A stretch of 64,000 nucleotides of DNA from NCBI GenBank assembly GCA_963748455.1, contig CAVVJD010000020.1:17097-81096 (forward strand). The letters are read 5' to 3'. The notes under the pieces are model-generated. The model was not told where the DNA came from and searched no databases. It worked only from the letters and a program-made list of their open reading frames with translations. Positions within the stretch are counted from its first letter, which is position 1, and every line of letters starts with the position of its first letter. Of this stretch, positions 61,455 to 64,000 are shown in pieces. This DNA comes from an uncultured Alphaproteobacteria bacterium (GTDB lineage: Bacteria; Pseudomonadota; Alphaproteobacteria; CACIAM-22H2). The position numbers and the translations under genes are program-made.

Positions 61455-62267
61455 TCACAAGCGCGCACGGCGCCACGGCAGATGCCGTCTGCCGAAGAAA
61501 ACGTCGCCGGCGGTGACGCGCCGGCGCCTGGCCTCGCGCCCAAATCGAGCAGCAGCGCGCCGTCCTCGTCGAGATCGGCGAAGACGCCGGTCAGCGTCTC
61601 GTTCGCTCCAGGCGCACCCGGATCGTCTCGCCCGACCCCGCTGCGCCCGCTCGAGCCAGGCCGCGCGCACCGGCGCGAAGCCCTCCTCCGCCAGCGCTGT
61701 CGTCCAGGCGAGCGAAATGCCGGCCGAACGCGCCCAGCAGCGCCTCCGGCGTCACGACATCGCCGAGCCTGTGCGTGCGCAGACGAGGTGGCGGGATAAT
61801 CGACGTGTTGTCGGGATGGCTGGCGAGATTGACGCCGACGCCGACCGACGAGCCAGGCCAGCGCATCGGCGCGCGCACTGTCCGATTCCAGCAGGATGCC
61901 AGCGAGCTTGCGGCCGTCGACCAGCACGTCGTTCGGCCATTTGCAGCTGAACGCGCGACAGCGGCCGGCACGACGCTCGCCAGCGCCTCGCCGAGGCCCA
62001 GCGCCGCCACGAAAGCCGAGCTGCGCCGCCTGCGCCGGCGCGCCGTCGGGCCGCAGCACCAGCGAAAAATAGAGGTTGCCCGGCGGCGAGATCCAGGCCG
62101 CGGCCACGGCGGCCGCGCCCGGCGGTCTGCTCGCGCGCCCAGACGATCGTGCCGTCCGCGGCGCCCGCGCGCGCGCAGCGCTTCGCCTCGTCGTTGGTGC
62201 TGCCGATGCTGTCGAAGCGCGATCAGCCGGTAGGCCGGCGGCAGAGGCCGGCGCCGCGACGGTCATT
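61455..62267 (-). pseudogene. birA: biotin--[acetyl-CoA-carboxylase] ligase, multiple frameshifts
   Basis: ATG 62265-62267. Recognisable blocks in different frames: FDSIGSTNDEAKR, WISPPGNLYFSLVLRPDGAPAQAAQLGF, KWPNDVLVDGRKLAGILLES, VGVGVNLASHP, RRVTAGDVFFG. Confidence 0.8.
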
Positions 62268-63733
62268 CGCGCGAACAGCGAGGCCGCCGCAGCGTCGGCG
62301 CTCGCCGACGACCGGGTCGGGCGACAGGATAGACAGAACAGCGTCATGAACAGCGCGGATGACCGCAGGATGACCGCCAGCGCCGGCGCGATCGGCCGGT
62401 CGAACGCGCTCACCGGCTCGTCGAAATACATGACCTTGACGATGCGCAGGTAATAGAAGGCGCCGACCACGCTGGCGACGACGCCGATCACCGCCAGCGA
62501 CTAGAGTCCGCCTCGATCGCGGCGAGGAAGACGTAGAGCTTGCCGAAGAAGCCGGCGAGCGGCGGGATGCCGGCCAGCGCAGAACATGAAGATGCCAAGC
62601 GCCAGCGCCACCCGGCTGGGTGCGCGCGAGGCCCGGCCAGATCGCAGATGTCCTCGACCATCTGCGCCCTGCTGCCGCATGCGACAGGATGACGGCGAAG
62701 GTGCCGAGGTTCATGAACAGATAGATCGCCATGTAGACCAGGACGCCGCGCACGCCGGTCGGCGCTGCCGGCGGCGAGGCCGACCAGCGCGTAGCCGACA
62801 TGGCCGATCGAGCTGTAGGCCATCAGCCGCTTGATGTTGGTCTGGGCGATCGCGGCGAACGCGCCGAGCACCATCGAGCGCGACCGAGATGAACGACGAC
62901 GACCTGCCGCCAATCGTCCACCAGCCGCCGAACGGCTCGATCAGGACGCGCACGAACAGCGCCATCGCGGCGATCTTCGGCGCGACCGAGAAGAACGCGG
63001 TGACCGGCGTCGGCGCGCCCTCGTAGACGTCGGGCGTCCACATGTGGAACGGCACCGCCGAGACCTTGAAGGCGAGGCCCGCCATCACGAACACGAGGCC
63101 GAAGATCAGCCCGATCGGACGGCGCGCCGCCGCCGCCGGCGAACGATCGCGCCAGCGCGTCGAAGCTGGTGGTGCCGGCGAAGCCGTAGATCAGCGAGGC
63201 GCCGTAGAGCAGCATGCCCGACGACAAGCGCGCCGAGCACGAAATATTTGAGCCCGGCCTCGGTCGAGCGCACCGAATCGCGGTCGAAGCGGCGACGACA
63301 TAAAGCGACAGGCTCTGCAGTTCGAGGCCGAGATAGAGCGTGATCAGGTCGTTCGCCGAGACCATCATCATCATGCCGATCGTGGCGAACAGGATCAGCA
63401 CCGGGAACTCGAAGCGCGCGATGCGCTCGCGCTCGTTGTAGTCGCAGCGCCATGATGATGCCGAGCGCCGACCCGAGCAGCACCAGCACCTTCATGAACA
63501 CGGCGAAGGGATCGGTCAACGAACAAGCCGCCGAAGGCCGATGCCGGCCGCTCCGCGCCAACGCGTCAGCGACCAGGATCGCCGTGAACGCGAGCCGCCA
63601 CCGCCAGCCACGAGACCAGCCGCGTCGATCCCTCGCCGCGGAACACGCCGAGCAGCAGCAGCGCCATCGCCGCGCAGGCGAGGACGATCTCCGGCAGCGC
63701 CGGCGTCAGGTTCAGGGCCGTCGGCGGCATCAT
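62264..63733 (-). pseudogene. nuoN: NADH-quinone oxidoreductase subunit N, multiple frameshifts
   Basis: N-terminus [31 protein letters not shown] (ORF 63566..63859). Further blocks in ORFs 63106..63561, 62823..63401 ([21 protein letters not shown]), 62711..63094 ([26 protein letters not shown]), 62488..62913 ([19 protein letters not shown]), 62223..62801 and 61217..62491 (VVGAFYYLRIVKVMYFDEP). The exact 3' end is uncertain. Confidence 0.8.
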
Positions 63734-63752
63734 CTTCTTCCGACCTGCTCCG

Positions 63753-64000
63753 TCAGCGACGACTCGCGAGTGGCGCCCGGCTCCGGCGCTGGCGAGCGCC
63801 TGCTGCGCCGTCTTCGTAGCGCTGCGCGACGAGGCTGTCGACCGAGAGCGCGATCGCATCGAGGAACGGCTTGGGATAGATGCCCATCCACAGCACCAGC
63901 AGCACCAGCGGCGCGAAGATCGCGATCTCGCGCGGGTCAGGTCGAGGATGCGACTTGGAGGTCGTCGCGCGTGAGCGTGCCGAAGATCACCCGGCGATAG
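63753..64000 (-). pseudogene. nuoM: NADH-quinone oxidoreductase subunit M, C-terminal end only (runs off the window), at least two frameshifts
   Basis: Own translation: [16 protein letters not shown] / ILDL / [41 protein letters not shown] in shifting frames. TGA at 63753-63755. Confidence 0.65.

Overview
High-GC (roughly 65-68% by eye) chromosomal window with the gene content and synteny of an alphaproteobacterium, order Rhizobiales/Hyphomicrobiales. The REP-type repeats look Bradyrhizobiaceae-like. Gene order, left to right: an OmpR-type two-component pair, a MipA-family porin, trpD-trpC-moaC-moeA, small accessory genes, lexA with SOS boxes, comEC, gltX and gltA. A short insert follows (small ORF, lysE, gloA, hxlR, MATE, GNAT). 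Next is the long conserved minus-strand envelope/translation cluster lpxB-lpxI-lpxA-fabZ-lpxD-skp-bamA-rseP-dxr-cdsA-uppS-frr-pyrH-tsf-rpsB. Then comes an accessory stretch: TetR plus DUF2852, a hypothetical protein, a PEP-CTERM protein, a TPR adenylate cyclase, and a divergently organised IclR/ABC/dehydrogenase locus. The window ends with dnaE, lolD-lolC/E, proS, a purine permease, tag, mce, a GST and rnj-coaX-birA-nuoN-nuoM. I saw no rRNA, tRNA, CRISPR array, transposase, integrase, prophage or recognisable defence system, and I cannot honestly point to a new multi-gene system. The most striking signal is sequence integrity. (1) Nine isolated single-base lesions (6 frameshifts, 3 in-frame stops) hit otherwise well-conserved genes between 6 and 52 kb, including dnaE, gltX, lolD and moeA. 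(2) From about 59.5 kb to the window end every gene (rnj 5' part, coaX, birA, nuoN, nuoM) is saturated with 1-nt indels while protein similarity stays obvious. This looks most like low-quality sequence or assembly, but it needs checking. Other observations: three or more REP-like palindromic repeat families, each with several copies. A 22-nt motif is shared upstream of the TetR gene and its DUF2852 neighbour. A consensus sigma70 promoter with overlapping palindromes lies between hxlR and the MATE gene. There is a promoter-plus-terminator-bounded candidate sRNA, and a gene remnant paralogous to a hypothetical gene 3.5 kb away.
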